A stretch of 64,000 nucleotides of DNA from Flavobacterium sp. (GTDB lineage Bacteria > Bacteroidota > Bacteroidia > Flavobacteriales > Flavobacteriaceae): positions 64,081 through 128,080 of the forward strand of contig JBILQQ010000002.1 of the NCBI GenBank assembly GCA_044373115.1, in the 5' to 3' direction. Made by a program: the position numbers and the translations under genes. The notes below the pieces were generated by a model, which saw only the letters and a list, made by a program, of their open reading frames with translations, was not told the origin of the DNA and searched no databases. Positions 1 through 8,753 of this stretch are shown piece after piece. Position 1 is the stretch's first letter; every line of letters starts with the position of its first letter.

Positions 1-197
1 AAAGAAATTTCTCGTTCAAAATCACTAATTCTGTTCATCTTAATTTTGGAAGGATTCCAATTTCCTAAAATTTCTTGATTTCCAGTTATATAAACTTCAT
101 CAATGGCATTAGGCACTTGAACATTGAATGTTATTTTGGAATTGTTTTGACCAAATATAAACCCAGATAATAATAAAAATAGTAAATTAAGTTTCAT
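1..197 (-). CDS. Partial CDS (N-terminus only, continues past window start): secreted protein with CBM20-like module
   Basis: Own translation from ATG at 197-195: MKLNLLFLLLSGFIFGQNNSKITFNVQVPNAIDEVYITGNQEILGNWNPSKIKM...; signal peptide plus ITGN..LGNW.P pattern typical of CBM20; no stop before position 1. Confidence 0.4.
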   Translation of the reverse strand, partial: MKLNLLFLLLSGFIFGQNNSKITFNVQVPNAIDEVYITGNQEILGNWNPSKIKMNRISDFEREIS

Positions 198-262
198 AAT
201 AATAATTTTATCCGACAAAAATAGTGTGAATTAAAAACTATAAATTGGAAAAAATGGACAAA

Positions 263-1114
263 TCATATTTTTTTCCAAAATAAATTCTCATTACCAAAAT
301 GTTCTACTTTTTTAAAAAGATTTTTTGGATTAATACCCGTGATTTTCCTGAATTGATTAATAAAATCAGATTGATCATAATAATTAAATTGGTACGCTAA
401 ATCTGTAAGCTTATTATTCTGATTAGTGTTCAAGTAATGATTAAACGTTTTACGAAAATGAGCTATTTCAATAAAATCCTTTACACTCGAATTTAAATGA
501 TTTTTGAATTTTCTGTTTAATGTTTTACTTGATATGTTTAAAATCTCTGAAAGTTCTGAAACTTTATATTTTTGATTATCATTTACAATTAAATCTATTG
601 CTTTTTCTGTAATGTTACATTTGAAATCATTAATTTTTGAAACAAAAAAATCATCTAAAATTTCTACTTTTCTGTCATAATCGTTTTCAAAATATACTTT
701 GTCTAAAATTATATCAATTTCAGGGTCTAATTCAGAAAAAATAAAATTATCTTCTTTGGATATTATATCTTTAATAGTATTTTTAATAAATGAATTTAAA
801 CCTAAAGGTTCAAAAGCTATTGCTATTTTATCAAAAGGAGTGTAAATTTCAGCTCCGCTAACAACTCTTTTTAATCCTGTATATAATTTTATATATTTAT
901 TGTTCTTATTTGGTTTTGTTACTGAATTATAATTTTCAAAAAATGAAACATTAGAATTTTTATAAATTGTTATTGCATTTATTGTATTTGGATAATAATG
1001 AAATTTTATCCTTTCATCTATTAACTCGTTAGAATGAAAATAATAATAAGATATAAATTTCTTTAAAAGTTCTGACTTAGGTTTTTTTGTAATAAAAATT
1101 TCAGATTTCATCAT
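263..1114 (-). CDS. AraC family transcriptional regulator
   Basis: C-terminal double HTH pattern (VSELSEILNISSKTLNRKFK ... LTDLAYQFNYYDQSDFINQFRKITGINP). Confidence 0.8.
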   Translation of the reverse strand: MMKSEIFITKKPKSELLKKFISYYYFHSNELIDERIKFHYYPNTINAITIYKNSNVSFFENYNSVTKPNKNNKYIKLYTGLKRVVSGAEIYTPFDKIAIAFEPLGLNSFIKNTIKDIISKEDNFIFSELDPEIDIILDKVYFENDYDRKVEILDDFFVSKINDFKCNITEKAIDLIVNDNQKYKVSELSEILNISSKTLNRKFKNHLNSSVKDFIEIAHFRKTFNHYLNTNQNNKLTDLAYQFNYYDQSDFINQFRKITGINPKNLFKKVEHFGNENLFWKKI

Positions 1115-1138
1115 TTAAATATTTGGACAAATTTATAT

Positions 1139-1168
1139 AAAAAAAAACTGCTCCATTGCTGAAGCAGT
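1139..1168 (-). terminator. Rho-independent terminator downstream of acs
   Basis: Minus strand reads ACTGCT-tcagcaatgg-AGCAGT followed by T9 (A-run 1139-1147 on plus strand). Confidence 0.6.
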
Positions 1169-1194
1169 TAATCAATTAAAAAAAAAAAAAAAAA

Positions 1195-3102
1195 CTATAT
1201 TTTTCCATTTTTTATTTCATCCACAATTTCTGGATTTAATAAAGTTGATATATCTCCAAAGTTTGAAAAATCACCCTCTGCTATTTTTCTTAAAATACGT
1301 CGCATAATTTTTCCTGAACGTGTTTTTGGTAATCCTGATACAAACTGTATTTTATCCAATTTTGCAATAGGACCAATTTGATCAGAAATAAGTTTATTAA
1401 TTTCTGCAGATAAGTTTGTTTTATCTCTGCCCTCACCCGATTCTTTGAGTATTATAAAACCATACATGGCATTACCTTTTATGTCGTGAGGATAACCTAC
1501 AATTGCACTTTCTGCAACGGCTGGATGCTCATTAATGGTGTCTTCAATTGGTGCTGTACCTAAATTATGACCCGATACGATTATTACATCATCAACTCTA
1601 CCTGTAATTCGGTAATATCCAACTTCGTCACGTAAGGCTCCGTCACCAGTAAAATATTTTCCAGGAAATGCTGAAAAGTAGGTTTCTTTATATCGTTGAT
1701 GATCGCCCCAAATTGTTCGAGCCATTGAAGGCCATGGAAACTTTATGCACAATGCTCCTGTTACTTGATTTCCTTCAATTTCATTACGCAATTCGTCCAT
1801 TAAAACAGGTTGGATTCCTGGTAAAGGTAATGAAGCGTAAGTTGGTTTTGTAGGTGTTACAAAAGGTATTGGTGATATCATAATTCCACCTGTTTCGGTT
1901 TGCCACCATGTATCTACAAGTGGGCATCGCTTCCCTCCTACGTGGTCATTGTACCAATGCCATGCTTCTTCGTTTATTGGTTCACCCACTGATCCAATTA
2001 CTTTTAATGAACTTAAAGGAAATTTTTGAACATAGTCGATACTCTCTTTTGCTAATGCTCTAATTGCAGTTGGTGCAGTATAAAATTGGTTAACTTTATG
2101 TTTTTCAATTACTTCCCAAAAACGACTAAAATCAGGGTATGAAGGAACTCCTTCAAAAATTACAGTTGTAGCACCATTTAAAAGTGGACCATATAATATG
2201 TACGAATGTCCTGTAATCCATCCAATATCTGCGGTACACCAATACACATCATTTTCTTCATAGTTGAATACATTTTTGAAAGTATAAGCTGTATATACCA
2301 TGTATCCTGCGGTTGTGTGTAACATACCTTTTGGTTTACCCGTTGATCCTGAAGTATATAGGATAAATAAAGGATCTTCAGCATCCATAATTTCAGCTAC
2401 ATTATTTGGAACTGCGGCATCTAATAGTGGTTGTAACCAAATGTCACGACCATCCATCATGTTGACCTCTGTATTTGTTCTTTTCACAACAAGTACTTTC
2501 TCTACACATGGAGTTTTTTCAAGTGCTTCGTCAACAATTCCTTTAAGGTCAATTGCTTTATTTCCGCGGTAACTTCCATCAGATGTAATAACCATTTTAC
2601 ATTCGCAATCATTGATTCGAGCAGCCACAGCCGATGCTGAAAATCCTGCAAAAACAACTGAATGAACTGCACCAATTCGTGCACACGCAAGCACTGCAAC
2701 AGCTAATTCTGGAATCATTGGAAGATAAATACAAACTCTATCTCCTTTTTTTACACCTTGATCTCTAAGTACATTAGCAAGTTTTGCAACTCTTGCATAT
2801 AATTCATTGTAGGATATATGTTGAGCTTCTTCTTTTGGATCGTTAGGTTCAAAAATTATAGCGGTTTTTTCACCTCTTTTGGCTAAATGCCTATCAATAC
2901 AGTTCTTGGTAATGTTTAATTTTGCATTTTGAAACCATTCAAACTTTGACTCTTGCATATCAAAATCGAATACTTTATCCCACTTTTGATACCAAGTAAA
3001 GTTTTCATCTGCAATTTTATCCCAAAATTTTCTCGGTTCTCTAACCGATTTTTTATACATTTTGAAATAATTTTCTAAATTTTCTATTTTATAATAACTC
3101 AT
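1195..3102 (-). CDS. acs: Acetyl-CoA synthetase (acetate--CoA ligase)
   Basis: 635 aa; typical Acs N-terminus (YKKSVREPRKFWDKIA), AMP-binding motif YTSGSTGKPKG, C-terminal PKTRSGKIMRR. Confidence 0.95.
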   Translation of the reverse strand: MSYYKIENLENYFKMYKKSVREPRKFWDKIADENFTWYQKWDKVFDFDMQESKFEWFQNAKLNITKNCIDRHLAKRGEKTAIIFEPNDPKEEAQHISYNELYARVAKLANVLRDQGVKKGDRVCIYLPMIPELAVAVLACARIGAVHSVVFAGFSASAVAARINDCECKMVITSDGSYRGNKAIDLKGIVDEALEKTPCVEKVLVVKRTNTEVNMMDGRDIWLQPLLDAAVPNNVAEIMDAEDPLFILYTSGSTGKPKGMLHTTAGYMVYTAYTFKNVFNYEENDVYWCTADIGWITGHSYILYGPLLNGATTVIFEGVPSYPDFSRFWEVIEKHKVNQFYTAPTAIRALAKESIDYVQKFPLSSLKVIGSVGEPINEEAWHWYNDHVGGKRCPLVDTWWQTETGGIMISPIPFVTPTKPTYASLPLPGIQPVLMDELRNEIEGNQVTGALCIKFPWPSMARTIWGDHQRYKETYFSAFPGKYFTGDGALRDEVGYYRITGRVDDVIIVSGHNLGTAPIEDTINEHPAVAESAIVGYPHDIKGNAMYGFIILKESGEGRDKTNLSAEINKLISDQIGPIAKLDKIQFVSGLPKTRSGKIMRRILRKIAEGDFSNFGDISTLLNPEIVDEIKNGKI

Positions 3103-3197
3103 TGTAATTTAATTTTTTTGACTTTTTGAATATGTAAATATAAATAATCTAATTATACACAAAAGCTTTTTTTTGCTAAATTAATATATATATAAAT

Positions 3198-5093
3198 CTA
3201 TTTATAACATCCGATATTTTGTTTTATATAAACTGATTTTATTTCATCAATAATTGCTTCATCATCAATAGTTGTTGGTATTTGAAAATTATCACCCTCA
3301 GCTATGCTTCTAAGTAACTTTCGTAAAATTTTACCTGATCTAGTTTTAGGAAGTCGTTGTACTAAAACAACATCTCTTAAAGATGCTACTGCACCAATTT
3401 GTTTTCTAACTAGCTGAACTACTTCTTGTTGTAGCTGAAAGCTTTCCTTTATATCACCATGTTTTGTAACTACAAGAGCCAAAGGAATTTGACCTTTAAG
3501 CTCATCATTAATACCAATTACGGCACACTCAGCAACTGATTGGTGGGATGAAACAATTTCTTCCATCTCGGCAGTCGAAAGTCGATGACCTGCAACATTA
3601 ATTACATCATCTACCCTACCTGTTATGTATATATAGTTTTGTTCGTCTTTATATCCGCCATCCCCTGAAAAATAATAACCCGAAAATTTATTTAAATATC
3701 CCGATTGAAAACGTTGATTATCTTTCCATAAATCCAATAAAGTTCCTGGAGGAAGTGGTAATTTAACAACAACATAACCCTCCTCATTTGGTCCTAATTC
3801 TTGACCATTTTCACCAAGAATTCGAATATCATACCCTGAAACAGCCTTTCCAGCTGAACCTGGTTTAATTGGTAAAAACTCAACCCCCATCATATTTGCT
3901 ATCATAGGCCAACCTGATTCAGTTTGCCACCAGTGGTCAATTGCTGGAATTGGAATATGCTGTTGATACCATTCTAATGTTGAAACATCACAGCGTTCGC
4001 CTGCTAAAAATTGATTTTTTAAACTTGATAAATCATGTTTTTTTATAAAATCGCCATTTGGATCTTCTTTTCGGATGGCTCTTATTGCGGTTGGCGCAGT
4101 AAACATTGTATTTACTTTATGTTCTTCAATGATTCTCCAAAAAGTACTTGCATCAGGTGTTTTTATCGGTTTTCCTTCAAATACAATGGTTGCATTTCTA
4201 TTAATCAGTGGTCCATATACAATAAAACTGTGTCCAACCACCCATCCTACATCAGATGCTGCCCAAAAAACTTCGCCAGGCTGCACACCATAAATATGTT
4301 GCATTGAAAATTTTAAAGATGTGGCATAACCTCCTGAATCTCTGACTATTCCTTTAGGTTTTCCTGTTGTACCTGAAGTGTAAAGCACATACAATGGATT
4401 CGAAGATTCAACAGGTACACAGTCTGCTTCTTCTGATCCATAAACAAGTGCATCATAGTCAACATCATATTTTTTAAAAGGTATTCTTGCTCCTAGTTTT
4501 CGATTTAAAATAACAACTTTTTTAGGTTTATGATTGGCAAGTTCAATGGCTTCATCAACTAGTGGTTTGTAGGCAATTAGTTTTTCAATTTCAATACCTG
4601 ATGAGGCAGTAATTATTGCTCTTGGCTTGCAATCGTCAATTCGAATAGCTAATTCATGCGGAGCAAATCCGCCAAAAACAACTGAATGTGTGACACCAAT
4701 ACGAGCACAAGCAAGCATTGCAAAAGTAGCTTGTGGAATCATGGGCATATAAATAACTGCTGTATCTCCTTTTTTAAACCCTAGCGAAATTAGCCCTCCT
4801 GCTAATTTTGCAACTTCGGTTTTTACTTCATTAAAAGTGTATTTTTTTATTGTTTGAGTCACCGGCGAATCATAAATAACAGCTGTTTCGTTTCCAAAAC
4901 CTTCGTTAATATGTTTATCTAAAGCTAAGTAGCATACATTTAATTCTCCATCTTCGTACCAAAGTGGATAACCATTTTTATCTTTTGACAAAATAGTTTT
5001 AGGTTTGGTAAACCATTCTATTTGATTGGCTTGATTTTCCCAAAACTTATCTGGAAAATCAATACTTTCTTTATAAAACTCCTCGTAGTTCAT
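3198..5093 (-). CDS. Propionyl-CoA/acetyl-CoA synthetase family paralog (PrpE-like)
   Basis: 631 aa; YTSGTTGKPKG, PKTRSGKILRK; N-terminus resembles propionate--CoA ligases (FWENQANQIEWF). Confidence 0.8.
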   Translation of the reverse strand: MNYEEFYKESIDFPDKFWENQANQIEWFTKPKTILSKDKNGYPLWYEDGELNVCYLALDKHINEGFGNETAVIYDSPVTQTIKKYTFNEVKTEVAKLAGGLISLGFKKGDTAVIYMPMIPQATFAMLACARIGVTHSVVFGGFAPHELAIRIDDCKPRAIITASSGIEIEKLIAYKPLVDEAIELANHKPKKVVILNRKLGARIPFKKYDVDYDALVYGSEEADCVPVESSNPLYVLYTSGTTGKPKGIVRDSGGYATSLKFSMQHIYGVQPGEVFWAASDVGWVVGHSFIVYGPLINRNATIVFEGKPIKTPDASTFWRIIEEHKVNTMFTAPTAIRAIRKEDPNGDFIKKHDLSSLKNQFLAGERCDVSTLEWYQQHIPIPAIDHWWQTESGWPMIANMMGVEFLPIKPGSAGKAVSGYDIRILGENGQELGPNEEGYVVVKLPLPPGTLLDLWKDNQRFQSGYLNKFSGYYFSGDGGYKDEQNYIYITGRVDDVINVAGHRLSTAEMEEIVSSHQSVAECAVIGINDELKGQIPLALVVTKHGDIKESFQLQQEVVQLVRKQIGAVASLRDVVLVQRLPKTRSGKILRKLLRSIAEGDNFQIPTTIDDEAIIDEIKSVYIKQNIGCYK

Positions 5094-5126
5094 GTGTTAA
5101 TATTTATGATTGGTGAAAAAATATAG

Positions 5127-5492
5127 TTATTGTTGTAAAAGTTCGGTTACTTTTTCAACTACCTTTTTTATTGAAAAAGGCTTAGTTAAATAAGCATTTG
5201 CTCCTAATTTCATACCTTTTTCAATATCAGTTTCCTTATTTTTTGCTGATAAGAAAATAATTTTAGTATGATTCAAATTTGTATTTTGTTTTATTTGTTC
5301 AATTGTGGCGTACCCATCAACCATAGGCATCATCACATCTAAAATTATTAAATCAGGGGCCACATTCTCAACAATATCTAATGCCTCTTGACCATCACGA
5401 GCAATAAAAACTTCGTAATTATTTTTTTTAAACGTGTATTCCAAAGTCATTACAATATTTGGTTCGTCATCTACAATTAATATCTTTTTCAT
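5127..5492 (-). CDS. Response regulator, receiver domain only (no output domain)
   Basis: 121 aa; DDEP, phospho-acceptor context ILDVMMP, LSAK, KPF; 1-nt gap to the upstream kinase. Confidence 0.9.
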   Translation of the reverse strand: MKKILIVDDEPNIVMTLEYTFKKNNYEVFIARDGQEALDIVENVAPDLIILDVMMPMVDGYATIEQIKQNTNLNHTKIIFLSAKNKETDIEKGMKLGANAYLTKPFSIKKVVEKVTELLQQ

Positions 5493-5493
5493 A

Positions 5494-8178
5494 TTATATC
5501 ATTTTTTTTGTGGGTAATGTAAAGGCAATACAAGCTCCATTATTTATTTGGTTAACCCATATTTTACCTTTGTGATGTTCAATTATTTGTTTGCAAATAG
5601 CTAATCCGAGTCCGCTACCAACAGGTTTTTTTATATTTTGATTATCCGATTGAAAGAATTTTTCAAAAATTGTTTCATAATCATTTTTCTTAATACCCTT
5701 TCCATTATCAATTATTAAAGTTTTTATTTCATTATCCAATTGAACTGTTTGAATAGTAATTAATCCATTTTGTTCGGGACAAAACTTGATAGCGTTTGAG
5801 ATTAGGTTTGTTATTACTTGAAAAATTCGATCTTCGTCGTAAAATGCTTCTATATTTTTATTGTTTTCAAAATTTATAGTAATGTTTTTATTTTTAATAA
5901 GTTGAATCAAAGGTTCAATTGCATTTTCAATGGTTAAGGCCAAATTATTTTGTTTAGGATAAATGGTTTGTTTGCCCGTTTCAAATTTTTCCAAATCTAA
6001 TATTTTGTCTATTAATCGATTCAATCTATCCGATTCAGACATAATATTTTGAAGAAATTGTTTTTTTAACTCATCAGGAATTTCATCATCGTCATGTAAA
6101 ATTTCACTAGCTGCTCTAATTGCAGTTATTGGAGTTCTAAGTTCATGCGTAACTGTGTCTAAAAATTCATCCTTTTGTTTATCTTTTTTAATTAAAGATT
6201 CATTTGCATCCTGAAGTTTTGCTGTAATTTCTTTTAACTCATTAGATGTTTCGGTTAATTTTTTATTTATAATAATATTTTCTTTAGACTCTTCTAAAAT
6301 TTTTAAAACTTCCGGTAATGAAATACGTTCTTCTTTTACAACACTCGAAATTAATATTCGAGCCGAAGCTGTTCCAATATGACCTGTTAAAAGATTTTCA
6401 GAAAATTTAATTAAACGAGCATCGGCAAGCTCTACATCTTTGTCAACGTTGTATTTAGCATTAAAAATATTCATTGCTCTTTTGGTTCGGACATCACCTA
6501 AAAAACGAACTAAAACTTTTTCAATATCATTTCTGTAGGCTGTTCCTTTCCAGATAAAAGCATTTTCGTGATTAGTAATGTATTTGTTAATGTCAACAAA
6601 CATTTCAGCATAATTTCGTTCTCTGTAATTGCCTTTAAAACTTACTGAAACCGAAAAATAGGTAAACGTATTGAATAATAAACTCCAAAATACAGCATGC
6701 GGTACGGGTTGCAAATAATCCAAACCAAATAATTGAAAGGGTTTTAACAAATTAATTCCAAATAATCCTTCTGATAAAAAGGAACTTTCTGTTGTTAAAC
6801 CCGATGCGTAGGGAATTAACAATGTATATACACACACTATAAATCCAATAATAATTCCGTAAATAGCACCTAAACGAGAACCACGTCGCCAAAAAAGTGC
6901 ACCAAAAAAGGCTGGTGCCAATTGGGCAATTATTACAAAAGCAATCATACCAATTGATACTAAGCTATAATCCAATCCAAAAAAACGGTAAATCAAATAG
7001 GCGATAATAATAATTGAAAATATACTAATTTTTCGAGAGTTTAAAATAGTTTTGTTGCTTATTAATTCGGCTTGATTTAATTTTCCGAGTAAATTGTAAG
7101 GGATTAAAATATTATTGGTTACCATAGTTGCAAGTCCAATTGAAGAAACTACAATCATGGATATTGCTGCTGAAAAACCACCTAAAAACACCATAACGGT
7201 TAACGTTTTTTGGTCAAATAATTGGGGAATCAATAATGAATATGTATCAGAATTTACGTTTTGATTATTAAAAATAATATTACCGCCCCATGCAATTGGA
7301 TATACAAAAATGTTGAATAGTAATAAATATAAAGGAAAAAGCCAAATAGCTGTATTTATATGGTTTTCTCTATTGTTTTCAACTACCGAAACTTGGAATT
7401 GTCTTGGTAATAAGAAAATGGCAAACATGGATAAAATACAAAGTAAAAACCAATTTATGGCTTGAGGCAAACCACCAATTGAATTTTTTTTATCAAAATT
7501 AGAAAGTAAATGTGCTTTTTGATAAATATCTTCAAAGCCGTCAAAAACAAAAAAAGTAACATAAACACCAATTAGTACAAAAAACAGTAATTTTAATATA
7601 CTTTCCATTGCAACGGCCGTAACAATTCCTTTTCTTTTTTCAGATGCATCCGCGTAACGGGTTCCGTAATACGACGAAAATAAAGCCAATGCAATTGCTA
7701 CATACGTGGTAGTATCATCAAATATATAGGAGTTTATCTTGGTTTTAGTAACAATATGAAAGGTTTCCGAAATGGCTTTTAGTTGCAATGCAATGTAAGG
7801 TAAAATCCCAGTAAGGCAAACCACCGTAACAATTGCACCTAAAAATCGACTGTTTCCGTAGCGTAATGAAATAAAATCTGCAATAGATGCAATTTTGTTA
7901 ATTCTTGAAATACGGATTATTTTTTTTAAAATTAAAATCCAAGATGGAGCAATGATAATTGGACCTAAATAAATTGGTAAATAGGACAATCCACTGTCGG
8001 CGGCAAGTCCAATACTACCGTAGTAAGTCCATGCCGTGCAATAAACTGCCAACGACAAAGAATATATATAAGGACTATTCGTCCATTTATTATTTTCTTT
8101 TTTTTCAGCCCAATGCGCTATTAAAAATAAAAATCCTAAATAAACAATAAGTATAATTAAAAGTAAAAAACTATTCAT
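5494..8178 (-). CDS. Sodium:solute symporter (SSS)-domain fused sensor histidine kinase (CrbS/CbrA-like architecture)
   Basis: 894 aa; about 500 aa polytopic N-terminal domain, then coiled coil, H-box HELRTPITAIRAASE and HATPase G-box GSGLGLAICK. Confidence 0.9.
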   Translation of the reverse strand: MNSFLLLIILIVYLGFLFLIAHWAEKKENNKWTNSPYIYSLSLAVYCTAWTYYGSIGLAADSGLSYLPIYLGPIIIAPSWILILKKIIRISRINKIASIADFISLRYGNSRFLGAIVTVVCLTGILPYIALQLKAISETFHIVTKTKINSYIFDDTTTYVAIALALFSSYYGTRYADASEKRKGIVTAVAMESILKLLFFVLIGVYVTFFVFDGFEDIYQKAHLLSNFDKKNSIGGLPQAINWFLLCILSMFAIFLLPRQFQVSVVENNRENHINTAIWLFPLYLLLFNIFVYPIAWGGNIIFNNQNVNSDTYSLLIPQLFDQKTLTVMVFLGGFSAAISMIVVSSIGLATMVTNNILIPYNLLGKLNQAELISNKTILNSRKISIFSIIIIAYLIYRFFGLDYSLVSIGMIAFVIIAQLAPAFFGALFWRRGSRLGAIYGIIIGFIVCVYTLLIPYASGLTTESSFLSEGLFGINLLKPFQLFGLDYLQPVPHAVFWSLLFNTFTYFSVSVSFKGNYRERNYAEMFVDINKYITNHENAFIWKGTAYRNDIEKVLVRFLGDVRTKRAMNIFNAKYNVDKDVELADARLIKFSENLLTGHIGTASARILISSVVKEERISLPEVLKILEESKENIIINKKLTETSNELKEITAKLQDANESLIKKDKQKDEFLDTVTHELRTPITAIRAASEILHDDDEIPDELKKQFLQNIMSESDRLNRLIDKILDLEKFETGKQTIYPKQNNLALTIENAIEPLIQLIKNKNITINFENNKNIEAFYDEDRIFQVITNLISNAIKFCPEQNGLITIQTVQLDNEIKTLIIDNGKGIKKNDYETIFEKFFQSDNQNIKKPVGSGLGLAICKQIIEHHKGKIWVNQINNGACIAFTLPTKKMI

Positions 8179-8365
8179 TGTATCTGTTTACAACTAGTAA
8201 TGAAATTAATATTGAGCACATTGTAATTAAAAAAAAATAGATGTAAATAGCTGGAATACCAAATATACTTTGACTTGAGTCAAATAAAAGTACAATCGGC
8301 AAATTGAAACCAATTAGTAATCCTACCGAAATAATTAACAATTTTTGTTGATGTCGTTTTTTCAT
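8171..8365 (-). CDS. Small two-TM membrane protein, translationally coupled to the SSS-kinase
   Basis: 64 aa with two hydrophobic helices; its stop TAG overlaps the kinase start in ATGAATAG (8-nt overlap). Confidence 0.5.
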   Translation of the reverse strand: MKKRHQQKLLIISVGLLIGFNLPIVLLFDSSQSIFGIPAIYIYFFLITMCSILISLLVVNRYNE

Positions 8366-8464
8366 TTGAAATAAAATACATTATTCTTTTTAACTGTCTA
8401 AAAATACTAAATTAAATGAATTAAAACAGAATGAAATTGCAAAATTGATATAGCTAATTTTGAC

Positions 8465-8495
8465 AAAAAAAAACCTCTGATAATTCAGAGGTTTT
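8465..8495 (-). terminator. Rho-independent terminator after the transporter operon
   Basis: ACCTCTGA-taat-TCAGAGGT stem; the minus-strand reading is followed by a T-run (A-run 8465-8473 on plus strand). Confidence 0.6.
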
Positions 8496-8514
8496 AGTGA
8501 TTAATAATTAAATT

Positions 8515-8733
8515 TTATTTATCATCATATTCGCCAGACAAGCAATAAGATCCAAATTTGAATAATCCATAAGCAATTAATGGGCAAAGTACGAAAGTAT
8601 AAATAATTGCGGGAACTAATTTTTCGCCGCCAGCTTTCCACATACCTAATGCTTGGTTAATAAATAAATAATATACTGAAACTGCACCAATTGCAATCCA
8701 AACGATTCCTAAAAGTCTTTTAATTTGATTCAT
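8515..8733 (-). CDS. Small two-TM membrane protein
   Basis: 72 aa, two hydrophobic segments, 20-nt gap after the MFS gene, followed by a terminator. Confidence 0.5.
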   Translation of the reverse strand: MNQIKRLLGIVWIAIGAVSVYYLFINQALGMWKAGGEKLVPAIIYTFVLCPLIAYGLFKFGSYCLSGEYDDK

Positions 8734-8753
8734 TTTTTTATATTTTAAAGTGA

